Source: an uncultured Pelagibacteraceae bacterium (GTDB lineage Bacteria > Pseudomonadota > Alphaproteobacteria > Pelagibacterales > Pelagibacteraceae). Taken from it: a stretch of DNA of 64,000 nt. Shown here in pieces: positions 19,102 to 29,816 of the stretch. The DNA lies in the NCBI GenBank assembly GCA_902537555.1, contig CACBBR010000005.1, positions 5,703-69,702 of the forward strand. Direction: 5' to 3'. Under the pieces are notes generated by a model. That model saw only the letters and a program-made list of their open reading frames with translations. It did no database searches and was not told the DNA's origin. Every line of letters starts with the position of its first letter. The stretch's first letter is position 1. Made by a program: the position numbers and the translations under genes.

Positions 19102-22094
19102 GATCTAACTCTCTTTCCTTCAGGATCTACATAATGAGAAGAGACAATCTCTACAGGTATTGTTTTGTTTTTTAATGGTGACATAGCAAAGAGTTTTTGT
19201 CCTATCATATTTTTACCATCTTTAATTATTGCTAAAGAAAATGGGTTATCATATTCAACACTCCAACATGAAGCCGAAACATGACCTAATTTTGGATTAG
19301 GTAATTTTGCTTTGGGATCTTTTACTATGTAAGATCCCTCGGGTATACTTGTAGTTTTATCAATTGGAACTACACCAACTAATTTTTCTCTATCCGTAGT
19401 TGTAAAGGCAGATCTGTTTAAAGATCTTTTACCTATAAAATCTTTTTTCTTACTAACTAGCCCTTCTAAAGATGCATCATAAGGGATTGTTCTTCCATCT
19501 AATTCAGATCCCGCAACATGACCCATCTCTATTCTTAGAGTTGATAAAGCTTCAGTTCCATATGGTTGTATTTGGAATTCTTTTCCAACTTCCATAATTT
19601 TTTCCCACATGAAATATCCGTTATCAGATTCAACGTTAATCTCATATGCTAACTCACCAGAAAACGAAATTCTGTAAATTTTTGCAGAAACTCCAAATAA
19701 ATCGGACTCTTTATAACCCATAAATGGCAAACCTTCGTTTGAAACATCTAAATTAGGGAATAATCTCATTAATAATTTTCTAGAATTAGGTCCTGCGATT
19801 GCTGCACCTGCCCATTGCTCTGTGGTTGATACAACGTTTACATTTAATTCTGGCCACACTAGTTGTAAATAATATTCTAAATGAGATAGAACATTTGCTG
19901 CTTGAGCTGTTGTAGTTGTCATGTGATAATGATTTTCGGAAATCCTTGTTGTTGTTCCATCATCCATAACAATTCCATCTTCTCTTAACATTACGCCGTA
20001 TCTTGCTTTACCCACTGGAAGTTTAAGCCAAGCATTAGTATAAACTCTATTCAAAAACTCTGCTGCATCAGGACCTTTAATATCTATTTTACCTAATGTT
20101 GTAACATCACAGACACCTACATTTTGTCTTACATTCTTTGCCTCTCTCTTTGATGCTTCAAATAACCCTTCATTTCCTTGCTTGTAATATCTTGGTCTTA
20201 ACCAAACCCCTGCATCAACAAATACTGCATTATTTTTTTCATGCCATGAATGCATAGGTGATTTTCTTGTTGGTTTAGAATGTTTGCCAACTTCTCTTCC
20301 TACTATTGCTCCAATTGAAACTGGGGTATAAGGAGGTCTAAAAGTAGTATGTCCTACTTGTGGAACAACTTTATTCTCAATATCAGAAACTAATTGTAAT
20401 CCATTTAAATTGCTCGTTTTTCCTTGGTCCGTAGCCATACCAAGCGTTGTATATCTTTTTACATGCTCGATAGACCTGAAACCTTCTCTTAGAGCTAGCT
20501 CAATATCAGAAACCGCTACGTCATTTTGAAAATCTAAAAACCTTTTATAAGATTTACCTTTTGGTAAAGGAACACACCAAAATTTGTCATGATCTGTTGA
20601 TTTTTTTTCTACTACTGTCGGTACTGAAATTTTATTATTTTTTTCAGTTATTTTATTTGAAACGTCAAAACCTTTGTCAAAAGCATCTTTAATTGTTTCC
20701 TCTAATGTAAATATTCCATTTGCTGACCCAATTGTATTTTCTTGTTGTTTAGATTTATCTGGTACAAATGCATCAATTTTTTCGTTAAATTTAGATTTGT
20801 TTCCTGACTGTGATGCTAAATGAATAGATGGTGTCCAAAAACCTGATACACAAATACAATCACATTCTATATTTTCTATATTAAATAATTCTTTTTTATC
20901 GTCAGATATTTTAGCAATATCTGCTGATTTAACTTTTTTATAGCCTTTTGCAGCAACAACTACATATGAGAATTTTATTTCAATATTTAAATTTTTTGCC
21001 TCAGTTATAATGTCTGAAGAAGGATTGATTCTTGTATCCAATATAATTGGATTTACTCCGTTGTTTTTAAATTCAATTGCAGTTTCATAACCACTATCAT
21101 TGTTGGTGAAAATTAAAGGTTTTTTTCCAACTAATACGCCGTAAACTTTCATATACTCTTTAGCAGCTGACGATAACATAACGCCAGGAGTATCATTATT
21201 TCCAAAAACTAGAGGTCTTTCAATTGAACCTGATGAAATCAATACTTCATTTGCTCTTATGTACCACAAACGTTGTTTAGGGAGATATTTTTGAGTTCTT
21301 GGCAAATGGTCACTAATACGCTCTGACATTACTAACATATTGTGATCATAGTAACCAAAAACTTGCGATCTATTTTTTACTGTAACATTAGGCATGGACT
21401 TTAATTCTGCTATAATCTTTTCTGTCCACTCAACTCCTGTTTGGTTTCCAATATTTACATCACTTGTTAATAAGCTACCTCCAAATCTTGGTTTGTCCTC
21501 AGCTAATATTACTCGGGCTCCGTTCTTGGCAGCGGCATATGCACTTGCTAAACCTGAAGGCCCAGATCCTGTTATTAATAAATCACAATACTCATATTTA
21601 TGCTCATATCTTTCTTTATCATGTTTGATAGAGGCTTCTCCAAATCCAGCCGCCATTCGAATAAATGGTTCATATATTTTATACCAAAAGCTAGGAGGCC
21701 ACATAAATGTTTTGTAATAAAAACCAGCTGGAAAAAACATTTTTAAGAAATTATTTATCGCCCCAATATCAAAATTTACACTAGGCCAACAATTAACACT
21801 CTTAACCTCTAGCCCTTCAAAAATTTCTTGTTCTGTTGCTCTTATATTTGGATCTCTCTCATTATTTCTATCTAACTGCAGAATTGCATAGGGCTCATCA
21901 ACGCCAACTCCAAAAAAGCCCCTAGGTCTGTGATATTTAAAACTTCTACCTACTAAATGAACTCCATTCGCTATTAAGGCAGATGCGATAGTATCTCCCT
22001 CGAAACCAAAATATTTCTTGCCATTAAATTTAAACGAGATTTTTTTTTCTCTATTGACCATTCCAACATTATCTAATCTAAAATCCTGGGACAT
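19098..22094 (-). CDS. soxA: Heterotetrameric sarcosine oxidase / N-methylglutamate dehydrogenase alpha subunit
   Basis: GDTIASAL, RSFKYHRPRG, EHVKRYTTLGMATDQGK and a GcvT domain; 998 aa. Confidence 0.93.
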   Translation of the reverse strand: MSQDFRLDNVGMVNREKKISFKFNGKKYFGFEGDTIASALIANGVHLVGRSFKYHRPRGFFGVGVDEPYAILQLDRNNERDPNIRATEQEIFEGLEVKSVNCWPSVNFDIGAINNFLKMFFPAGFYYKTFMWPPSFWYKIYEPFIRMAAGFGEASIKHDKERYEHKYEYCDLLITGSGPSGLASAYAAAKNGARVILAEDKPRFGGSLLTSDVNIGNQTGVEWTEKIIAELKSMPNVTVKNRSQVFGYYDHNMLVMSERISDHLPRTQKYLPKQRLWYIRANEVLISSGSIERPLVFGNNDTPGVMLSSAAKEYMKVYGVLVGKKPLIFTNNDSGYETAIEFKNNGVNPIILDTRINPSSDIITEAKNLNIEIKFSYVVVAAKGYKKVKSADIAKISDDKKELFNIENIECDCICVSGFWTPSIHLASQSGNKSKFNEKIDAFVPDKSKQQENTIGSANGIFTLEETIKDAFDKGFDVSNKITEKNNKISVPTVVEKKSTDHDKFWCVPLPKGKSYKRFLDFQNDVAVSDIELALREGFRSIEHVKRYTTLGMATDQGKTSNLNGLQLVSDIENKVVPQVGHTTFRPPYTPVSIGAIVGREVGKHSKPTRKSPMHSWHEKNNAVFVDAGVWLRPRYYKQGNEGLFEASKREAKNVRQNVGVCDVTTLGKIDIKGPDAAEFLNRVYTNAWLKLPVGKARYGVMLREDGIVMDDGTTTRISENHYHMTTTTAQAANVLSHLEYYLQLVWPELNVNVVSTTEQWAGAAIAGPNSRKLLMRLFPNLDVSNEGLPFMGYKESDLFGVSAKIYRISFSGELAYEINVESDNGYFMWEKIMEVGKEFQIQPYGTEALSTLRIEMGHVAGSELDGRTIPYDASLEGLVSKKKDFIGKRSLNRSAFTTTDREKLVGVVPIDKTTSIPEGSYIVKDPKAKLPNPKLGHVSASCWSVEYDNPFSLAIIKDGKNMIGQKLFAMSPLKNKTIPVEIVSSHYVDPEGKRVRS

Positions 22095-22363
22095 TATTCT
22101 ATTGCTTCGTTTGCTGTATAAGTTTTAAAAATTTCGTGAGTTGATGTATCTCTCTCAACTTTAATCCATTGTCTACATCCAGAAATATGATGCCATAATT
22201 CTAAATGTTTTCCTCTTGGACTTTTTCTTAAGTATACAAAATTATCCCATTCTTGATCGCTTATTTCTTTGTTAAGTTCAGGACGCTTTACTGTTGCATC
22301 TCCGCCATAAGCAAATTCATTCTGAGATCTAAGTCCACAATGTGGACAGTTGATATATAACAT
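22094..22363 (-). CDS. soxD: Sarcosine oxidase-type delta subunit
   Basis: CPHCGLR and WHHISGCRQW zinc-binding motifs. Confidence 0.92.
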   Translation of the reverse strand: MLYINCPHCGLRSQNEFAYGGDATVKRPELNKEISDQEWDNFVYLRKSPRGKHLELWHHISGCRQWIKVERDTSTHEIFKTYTANEAIE

Positions 22364-23620
22364 TTATGATATCCAGGTTTTAGTTCCTAAGCCTTTTTCA
22401 TCAATTAAATTTCCAGTGCTAAATCTGTTTAGGCTGTAACCAGCATTTAAATCATGAACTCTGTCTTGAGCAATTGTATGCGCAAAAGTCCATCCGGAAG
22501 CTGGAGTTGCTTTAAATCCACCATAGCACCAACCACAATTTAAATATAATCCGTTAATATGTGTTTTATCTATAATTGGTGAACCATCCATGGACATATC
22601 CATTATTCCACCCCAAGTTCTTAACATTTTTAATTTGCTAAGAAATGGAAACATCGCAATCCCTTCTGTTAAAACATGTTGAAGAGTTGGTAAGTTTCCT
22701 CTTTGAGAATAACTATTATATCCATCTAAGTCTCCACCCATAACCATTTCCCCTTTATCTGATTGGCTACAATAAAAATGTCCTGCACCAAATGTAACAA
22801 CATGATCAAGCAAAGGTTTAATAGGCTCTGAAACACATGCTTGAAGCAAATGAGTTTCAATTGGTAAAGTCATATTTAACATTTCTGCCAAAATATTTGT
22901 ACTTCCTGCAACACATAAACCTACTTTCTTTGCTTTAATATCTCCTTTAGAAGTTCTTACTCCAAGAATTTTTCCATTTGAGACATCAAATCCCGTGACT
23001 TCACAATTTTGAATTATATCAACACCCATGGAGTCTGCTTGTCTCGCATAACCCCAGGCAACAGCATCGTGTCTTGCTGTTCCAGCGCTTGGTTGCATCA
23101 AGCCTCCAAAAATTGGAAACCTTACATTGTCAGAAAAGTCTGCCATTGGAATTAACTTTTGAACTTCTTCTCTATTTAACAAAACCGCATCAATGCCGTT
23201 CAAACGCATCGAATTTCCCCTTCTTGAATAGGCATTCATTTGTGCATCTGAGTGAGCAAGATTAATTATTCCTCTTGGGGAAAACATTACATTGTAATTT
23301 AAATCTTGGCTCATCTTTCTCCAAAGATCCATACCAAATTCACTAAACAAACCATTCTCATCATGCATGTAATTAGACCTAATAATTGTAGTATTCCTTC
23401 CAACGTTTCCTCCACCTATCCAACCTTTTTCAATGATAGCAACATTTGTAATGTTGTGTTCTTTTGCTAAGTAATATGCGGTTGCTAATCCATGGCCTCC
23501 CCCACCAATGATAATTACATCATATTCTTTTTTAGGTGTTGGGTCTTTCCATGCAACTTCCCAATTTTGATGATCTGAGAATGCATTTTTTATTAGACTA
23601 AAAACTGAATATTTTTGCAT
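22364..23620 (-). CDS. soxB: Sarcosine oxidase-type beta subunit
   Basis: GGGGHGLATAYYLA, GRNTTIIRSNY, ARHDAVAWGYA and GGFKATP. Confidence 0.93.
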   Translation of the reverse strand: MQKYSVFSLIKNAFSDHQNWEVAWKDPTPKKEYDVIIIGGGGHGLATAYYLAKEHNITNVAIIEKGWIGGGNVGRNTTIIRSNYMHDENGLFSEFGMDLWRKMSQDLNYNVMFSPRGIINLAHSDAQMNAYSRRGNSMRLNGIDAVLLNREEVQKLIPMADFSDNVRFPIFGGLMQPSAGTARHDAVAWGYARQADSMGVDIIQNCEVTGFDVSNGKILGVRTSKGDIKAKKVGLCVAGSTNILAEMLNMTLPIETHLLQACVSEPIKPLLDHVVTFGAGHFYCSQSDKGEMVMGGDLDGYNSYSQRGNLPTLQHVLTEGIAMFPFLSKLKMLRTWGGIMDMSMDGSPIIDKTHINGLYLNCGWCYGGFKATPASGWTFAHTIAQDRVHDLNAGYSLNRFSTGNLIDEKGLGTKTWIS

Positions 23621-23748
23621 TGTATAATTTTATCTAATTAAACTTAAATTTTTTCTTATTTTTTATATATATATTTTTTAGATGTTTAAAATCCTATTAA
23701 AAAAGTATAGAAATTTTGCACACTAATTTATTATAGGTTTTAAACCAA

Positions 23749-25425
23749 ATGTCAAAAACAGATATCCAAATTGCAAGAGAAGCAAATATGAAACCAATTC
23801 AAGAGATTTTGGATGGAGTTGGTGTTCCAGATAATGCTGAGGCATATAGTCCAATAAGTAGATACATAGCTAAGATCAAACTCGAATATCTTGAAAAATT
23901 TAAAAATAAAAAAGACGGAAAATTAATTTTAGTTACAGCAATTACTCCTACTCCAGCTGGAGAAGGAAAAACAACCACTTCAGTTGGATTGTCAGATGGA
24001 TTAAATAAAATAGGTAAAAAATCTATTGTTTGTTTAAGAGAGCCAAGTTTAGGTCCTTCATTTGGAATGAAAGGTGGTGCGGCTGGTGGTGGTTATGCAC
24101 AAGTTGTTCCTATGGAACAAATAAATCTTCATTTCACAGGTGACTTTCATGCAATCACTTCTGCTCATAATCTTTTATCTGCTTTAATAGATAACCATAT
24201 TTATTGGGGTAATAAATTAAATATAGATGTAAGAAGAATAGTTTGGAAAAGAGTGCTTGATATGAATGATCGAGCATTAAGATCTATCAATATTAATCTT
24301 GGTGGTGTTGCAAATGGTTTCCCAAGAGAGGATGGTTTTGATATTACAGTTGCATCTGAAATCATGGCGATCTTTTGCTTATCTAATGATTTACATGATC
24401 TTGAAAATAGAATTGGAAATATAACTGTTGCTTACACAAGAGATAAAAAACCAATATATGCAAAAGATTTAAATGCACATGGTCCAATGACAGTTTTGTT
24501 AAAAGACGCAATTAGACCAAATGTAACTCAAACTTTGGAAAATAATCCCGCAATAATCCATGGAGGTCCTTTCGCTAATATTGCGCATGGTTGTAATTCT
24601 GTATTAGCAACTAAGACAGCATTAAAACTATCAGACTATGTTGTTACTGAAGCAGGATTTGGTGCCGATCTAGGTGCTGAAAAATTCTTAGATATAAAAT
24701 GTAGAAAATCAGGATTAAAACCAAGTTGTGTGGTGATTGTAGCAACTATAAGAGCTTTAAAAATGCACGGTGGTGTTAATAAAGATGAACTTAAAAATGA
24801 AAATATAGATGCTGTAAAAAAAGGATTGGTGAATTTAGAAAGACATATTGAAAATATTCAAAAATTTGGCTTGCCTGTTACAGTAGCTATTAATCACTTT
24901 GTTTTGGATACAGACAAAGAGGTCGATGAAGTTATAAAATTTTGTCAACAAAAAGGTGTAAAAGCATCAATATCAAAACATTGGGAAAAAGGTGGAGAAG
25001 GAGCAGTAGATTTAGCAAACAATGTTGCTGAACTGTGTGAAAAAGGAAGTGACTTCAAATTTTTATACGATGATAAAATATCATTATTTAAAAAAATTGA
25101 GACGATTGCTAAGGAGTTGTATAGAGCAAGTGAAGTTGTAGCGGATACTAAAATAAGAGAACAATTAAAAAATTTTGAAGAGACAGGTTACCAATCCTTA
25201 CCAATTTGTATTGCAAAGACACAATATAGTTTTTCTACAGATCCTAATTTAAAAGGCGCACCATCCGGACATGTCCTACCAATAAGAGAAGTAAGGTTAT
25301 CATCAGGAGCAGAATTTATCGTAGTTGTTTGCGGTGCAATAATGACTATGCCTGGGTTACCAAAGGTGCCAGCTGCAGATAAAATAAAAATTAATGATAA
25401 AGGTGAAACAGAAGGTTTATTTTAG
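23749..25425 (+). CDS. fhs: Formate--tetrahydrofolate ligase
   Basis: [33 protein letters not shown] and [10 protein letters not shown]. Confidence 0.97.
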   Translation: MSKTDIQIAREANMKPIQEILDGVGVPDNAEAYSPISRYIAKIKLEYLEKFKNKKDGKLILVTAITPTPAGEGKTTTSVGLSDGLNKIGKKSIVCLREPSLGPSFGMKGGAAGGGYAQVVPMEQINLHFTGDFHAITSAHNLLSALIDNHIYWGNKLNIDVRRIVWKRVLDMNDRALRSININLGGVANGFPREDGFDITVASEIMAIFCLSNDLHDLENRIGNITVAYTRDKKPIYAKDLNAHGPMTVLLKDAIRPNVTQTLENNPAIIHGGPFANIAHGCNSVLATKTALKLSDYVVTEAGFGADLGAEKFLDIKCRKSGLKPSCVVIVATIRALKMHGGVNKDELKNENIDAVKKGLVNLERHIENIQKFGLPVTVAINHFVLDTDKEVDEVIKFCQQKGVKASISKHWEKGGEGAVDLANNVAELCEKGSDFKFLYDDKISLFKKIETIAKELYRASEVVADTKIREQLKNFEETGYQSLPICIAKTQYSFSTDPNLKGAPSGHVLPIREVRLSSGAEFIVVVCGAIMTMPGLPKVPAADKIKINDKGETEGLF

Positions 25426-26202
25426 AAGATAATTTAACCAGTTTCCGAGCTCTCGCATTCTAAGATCTTTATTTGTTTTTTTATTCTCCTCTGCAATCAT
25501 CGCTACATGGCTATTTATTTCCTGTTCATCAGCAAAAGCTTTATTATTTAAAAGACGATTTTTTCTAAAATGAATAAGACTTATCATTTTATCATAAGTA
25601 ATTTCAGGATGATATTGAATTCCCCAAATATCGCTAACACCAGATTTGAAATTCACTCCCATAACTTTATTTATAGAATTAGAGGCTAACAAGATTGAAT
25701 TATTAGGCAATTTTACAACTTCATCAAAATTAAATGCTGGTGTATTAAAAGTTTTACTTTTATTTTTATAAATTGGATGTTGTATTCCATTGCTGTTTAT
25801 TTGAATATTATGTGCTATTCCTCTATGAGATCCATTCATACATCTTTTTACTTGTCCTCCAGCAACGGTAGCAGCTACCTGGAGACCCCAACAAATAGCC
25901 AATATTTTTTTAATTTTATTTTGACATGATTTCATAAATTCAATTTGTCTTCGTATTTCAATTGTATCATTATAAATATTTAAACTACTCCCTCCCCAGA
26001 TTAGTCCATCAAATTTTTCTAAATCTTTTGCTACTTCTGAAATATTTTTATCAGACGAGGGATTAACTACGTCAATTTTTAAACTATTTGTAAAATAACT
26101 AATACTATCTTTTAGACTTTCGGTATGAGTTTTAATTCCACCTTCAGTAAAACTTTGATTCTCTTTTTTTAGATTGCCCTCAACTATTAATATTCTTTTC
26201 AT
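25417..26202 (-). CDS. Class I glutamine amidotransferase-like protein
   Basis: Intact triad: ICWGLQ nucleophile elbow and IQYHPE. Confidence 0.85.
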   Translation of the reverse strand: MKRILIVEGNLKKENQSFTEGGIKTHTESLKDSISYFTNSLKIDVVNPSSDKNISEVAKDLEKFDGLIWGGSSLNIYNDTIEIRRQIEFMKSCQNKIKKILAICWGLQVAATVAGGQVKRCMNGSHRGIAHNIQINSNGIQHPIYKNKSKTFNTPAFNFDEVVKLPNNSILLASNSINKVMGVNFKSGVSDIWGIQYHPEITYDKMISLIHFRKNRLLNNKAFADEQEINSHVAMIAEENKKTNKDLRMRELGNWLNYLLK

Positions 26203-27362
26203 CTAAACAATTCTCCAGAGATGCTATGTTTGTACATAATTTTCATATCAGAAATAGTCAATTTTTTGGGATTAGATGTTGTTGATGGATCATTTAAGGC
26301 CATCTCAGAAAGCTCGTCTAAATCGATTTTATTAGGATCAATCACATCAGATAATTTATGGGGTATTTTGAGTTCTTTTCTTAAATCCAATATCCATTTT
26401 AAATAAGAGTCAAAACTTTTTGATAAATTAAGATAATCACAAATAGAAATAATTTTTTCTTCTATAGTATCTCTATTGAAAGTTAATACATATGGCATGA
26501 ATATTGCGTTAGATAATCCATGATGAATATTAAACTTAGCATTTAAAGGATGACTTAGAGAGTGTATGGCACCAAGGCCTTTCTGAAAAGCAGTTGAGCC
26601 CATACTAGCAGCAGCTAATAAATCTGATCTTGCATCTAAATCATTGCCATTGTGTACTGCATTTAATAAAGATTTTTTTATCAGTCTCATTCCTTCAATT
26701 GCAATTCCATCTGCCATAGGATGAAAACCTGGTGCACAATAAGCCTCTAAATTATGAGCAAGCGCATCCATTCCTGTTGCCCCTGTTAAACGCGGAGAAA
26801 GATCTTTTGTTAAGATTGGATCTAAAATAACTATTGCTGGTAAAAATTTTGGATGAAAAATTATTTTTTTAATTCCAGTTTCTTTATTTATTATTGCAGA
26901 GGCTCTTCCTGTTTCTGAACCAGTTCCTGCCGTAGTAGGAATGGCAATTATTGGTGGAATATTTTCATTATTTGCTCTTTTCCAATAATCTCCAATATCT
27001 TCAAAATCCCATATAGGTCTATTTTGTGCAGACATAAATGCAATTGCTTTTCCAACATCAAGTCCACTACCACCTCCAAAAGCAATTACTCCATCACAAT
27101 TATTTTTCTTAAATTCTTTAACACCTTCCTCAACATTTTCACCAAATGGATTTCCTGAAAAATTAGAAAACACCACTAAATTATTAATTTCTTTTTTAAT
27201 TATAGAAATTACTTCTTTTGCCATTTGCAAGTTAATCAAATCTTTATCTGTTACGAATAAGGGATTTCGAATGTTTAAATTTGAACAAGCTAAATAAAGA
27301 TCATTAATTCTATCTTTGCCAACCCAGATAGTTGTAGGATAATTCCAATTATAGTTACTCAT
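26199..27362 (-). CDS. Iron-containing alcohol dehydrogenase
   Basis: GGGSGLDVGK, PTTAGTGSE, GMDALAH, IHSLSH and HHG metal ligands. Confidence 0.92.
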   Translation of the reverse strand: MSNYNWNYPTTIWVGKDRINDLYLACSNLNIRNPLFVTDKDLINLQMAKEVISIIKKEINNLVVFSNFSGNPFGENVEEGVKEFKKNNCDGVIAFGGGSGLDVGKAIAFMSAQNRPIWDFEDIGDYWKRANNENIPPIIAIPTTAGTGSETGRASAIINKETGIKKIIFHPKFLPAIVILDPILTKDLSPRLTGATGMDALAHNLEAYCAPGFHPMADGIAIEGMRLIKKSLLNAVHNGNDLDARSDLLAAASMGSTAFQKGLGAIHSLSHPLNAKFNIHHGLSNAIFMPYVLTFNRDTIEEKIISICDYLNLSKSFDSYLKWILDLRKELKIPHKLSDVIDPNKIDLDELSEMALNDPSTTSNPKKLTISDMKIMYKHSISGELFR

Positions 27363-28623
27363 TATTATTTTCTAACATTAAATCTAAAAATAAAGATGCA
27401 GTCCAAGAAAAATTAGTTGCACCAAATCCTTCTCCAGTTTTGCAACTAAAATACTCATTAAAACCTTTCTGTTTAACAAGATTAATAGTTTTTTTTTTGA
27501 TTTGATTTGCAAATTTAATATCTTTATTTTTTAATCCTTGATAGATAATCCAATTACAGTTTATCCATACTGGACCTCTCCAATATCTTTTTTCTTCAAA
27601 CTTTTGATGGCTTGATTTTATACTTGAAAAAAAATATTTTTCTTTATTGCTATGTTTCTTTAAGTTTTTGATAATTTTATTATTTAATTTTTTATCTTTC
27701 AAATCGGCAAATAAAATAAAATAATGAGTAATAGATGGTATGGATATTTTTTTTTTATTTTTCAAATCAAGATTTAAAAAATTATTATTTTTTTGATTAT
27801 AAAGTTTAACAATTTTTTTTTCAGATCTTAAAATATAAGAATCTATCTCATTACTTTTTAAATCAAATATTTTTAATAGTTTAGAAAGATCTTTATTTGC
27901 CCTCAAAAATATCGAATTAAATCCAACATCGACAACATTAAATAATGAAACTTTAAAAAGTTTGTTTGGATTATAATTATTTTTTCTCAAGTGATTTTTA
28001 ATTGTTACATATCGATCATAATCAATATCTAGAGGGCGATATTCAGGATTAACGACTTTATTATCCCCTCTTTTGTATTTTAAATTTTTTGGGATTTTTA
28101 CTTTACTCATTGAATAATCCCATAAAGGTGAATTGTCATATCCACTTTCCCATGGATGTAAAATTGATATTAATCCTGAATTATTTGGATCTCTAAATTT
28201 AATAAACCATTTATGATATTTTAAAACTGCTTTAATAATTTTTTTAAATTCAGCTTTTTCTTTACTCTTAATTTTATTTTTATCTAAAATTAATTTTATT
28301 ATTATTGCAAGAATAGGTGGTTGTGTAATTCCAGATGAATGAATTTTATTTCCACAAGCCCAAACAGAATGGTTTGGATAATAATTAGTATTTAAATCAT
28401 GGAATAAAATATGAGGTATCATTCCATCTTTCCATTGACCATTTATGAGTGTTTTTATTTCATCTAGAGCATATTTAAGTTTAAAATGTGAATAACCTAA
28501 AGCTATAAATCCAGAATCCCAATTCCATTGGGCCGGATATAATTTGTTATTGGTTGGTAAAGTATATCCCTTTTTTTTATTGCCTAGTAAGACCTTTTTG
28601 GCAGAATTAATAAAATTACTCAT
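27355..28623 (-). CDS. GH63-like (mannosylglycerate/glucosylglycerate hydrolase-type) glycoside hydrolase
   Basis: LYPAQWNWDSGF, GMIPHI, SGITQPP, HPWESGYDNSP, RYWRGPVW, EYF and FSWTA. Confidence 0.88.
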   Translation of the reverse strand: MSNFINSAKKVLLGNKKKGYTLPTNNKLYPAQWNWDSGFIALGYSHFKLKYALDEIKTLINGQWKDGMIPHILFHDLNTNYYPNHSVWACGNKIHSSGITQPPILAIIIKLILDKNKIKSKEKAEFKKIIKAVLKYHKWFIKFRDPNNSGLISILHPWESGYDNSPLWDYSMSKVKIPKNLKYKRGDNKVVNPEYRPLDIDYDRYVTIKNHLRKNNYNPNKLFKVSLFNVVDVGFNSIFLRANKDLSKLLKIFDLKSNEIDSYILRSEKKIVKLYNQKNNNFLNLDLKNKKKISIPSITHYFILFADLKDKKLNNKIIKNLKKHSNKEKYFFSSIKSSHQKFEEKRYWRGPVWINCNWIIYQGLKNKDIKFANQIKKKTINLVKQKGFNEYFSCKTGEGFGATNFSWTASLFLDLMLENNNE

Positions 28624-29816
28624 TAACCCTTCACACTTCCTGCTGTTAGTCCACTTACCAAATATTTTTCAAAATAAACAAAAATAAATAAAACTGGAAT
28701 AGTAACAACAACAGATCCTGCCATTAAATATTGTCTAGGTGTCTCTGCATCACCGCTCAAATATTGTATTGCTCTTGACAAAGTAAATGTATTTGGATTA
28801 TCTAGAAACATTAAAGAAAATAAGAATTCATTCCATGCTATCATAAAAACATAAAGGGCAACTGAGGAAATAGCAGGTATGCTTAATGGTAAGATAATTT
28901 TTATTATTATACCAAACCAATTTAACTTATCCATAATAGCAGCTTCTTCTAATTCTTTAGGTATACTCTTGAAATATCCTTGAAGCATATATATTGCAAC
29001 TGGTAAAGTAGTTGCTGTATACACTATTAAAAGACCACCAACATTATTCCTTAAACCCAGCTGACTAAATACAGTATATAAAGGTATCACCAAAACTATA
29101 GCTGGAAACATATAAATAATTAATATTGAAGTAGATAAAAAGTTTTTTCCAAAAAAGTTTAATCTTGCAACTGCATATGCTGCAGGAATAGCAAAAATTA
29201 ATGTAATTATAACTGTTCCAACTGAAACAAATGAACTGATAAGGATATATCTTCCAAATTTATAAGTATCAAAAATAACAAAGTAAGATTTAAACAATTC
29301 TTTTATATCCTGAGCAAAATTAATACTAAAATCTAAAGGATTTATAAGCAGCGCGGCCTGTGTTTTAAAACTTGTAACTAACATCATGTAAAACGGAAAT
29401 AAAATTACAAAAGAAAATAAAACAATTCCAAAAAGAGTTAAAAATTCAAATACTACTTTTTGAGATGAGTAATCAAGCTCTAAATTTTTTTGATTATATT
29501 TATCAATTTTTAAAGAGTAAAAGATTAAAATTCCAAAGATACCAACATTATACCAAACAGGCATCATTTGGAGAATATATCCGTCGACAAAAGTAAACAG
29601 TATAGCAAATATTAATGACTTTATAATTTTATGAAACTTATCTCCAATAATCAAATTTATTAAGGATATTCCAATTCCTAACGTTAAGATAATTGCGAAA
29701 TTAAAATTTTTTAGTTCTATTCCTTGTAATGTAGATAAAACTTTCCAGATGGAAACTAGGAAAAATAAAAAAATAGATGAGATTAAACAATACAATATAA
29801 GACTTTTAATTTTCAT
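28623..29816 (-). CDS. Carbohydrate ABC permease (MalG-like) with N-terminal membrane extension
   Basis: IPKELEEAAIMD EAA motif and AWNEFLF. Confidence 0.88.
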   Translation of the reverse strand: MKIKSLILYCLISSIFLFFLVSIWKVLSTLQGIELKNFNFAIILTLGIGISLINLIIGDKFHKIIKSLIFAILFTFVDGYILQMMPVWYNVGIFGILIFYSLKIDKYNQKNLELDYSSQKVVFEFLTLFGIVLFSFVILFPFYMMLVTSFKTQAALLINPLDFSINFAQDIKELFKSYFVIFDTYKFGRYILISSFVSVGTVIITLIFAIPAAYAVARLNFFGKNFLSTSILIIYMFPAIVLVIPLYTVFSQLGLRNNVGGLLIVYTATTLPVAIYMLQGYFKSIPKELEEAAIMDKLNWFGIIIKIILPLSIPAISSVALYVFMIAWNEFLFSLMFLDNPNTFTLSRAIQYLSGDAETPRQYLMAGSVVVTIPVLFIFVYFEKYLVSGLTAGSVKG

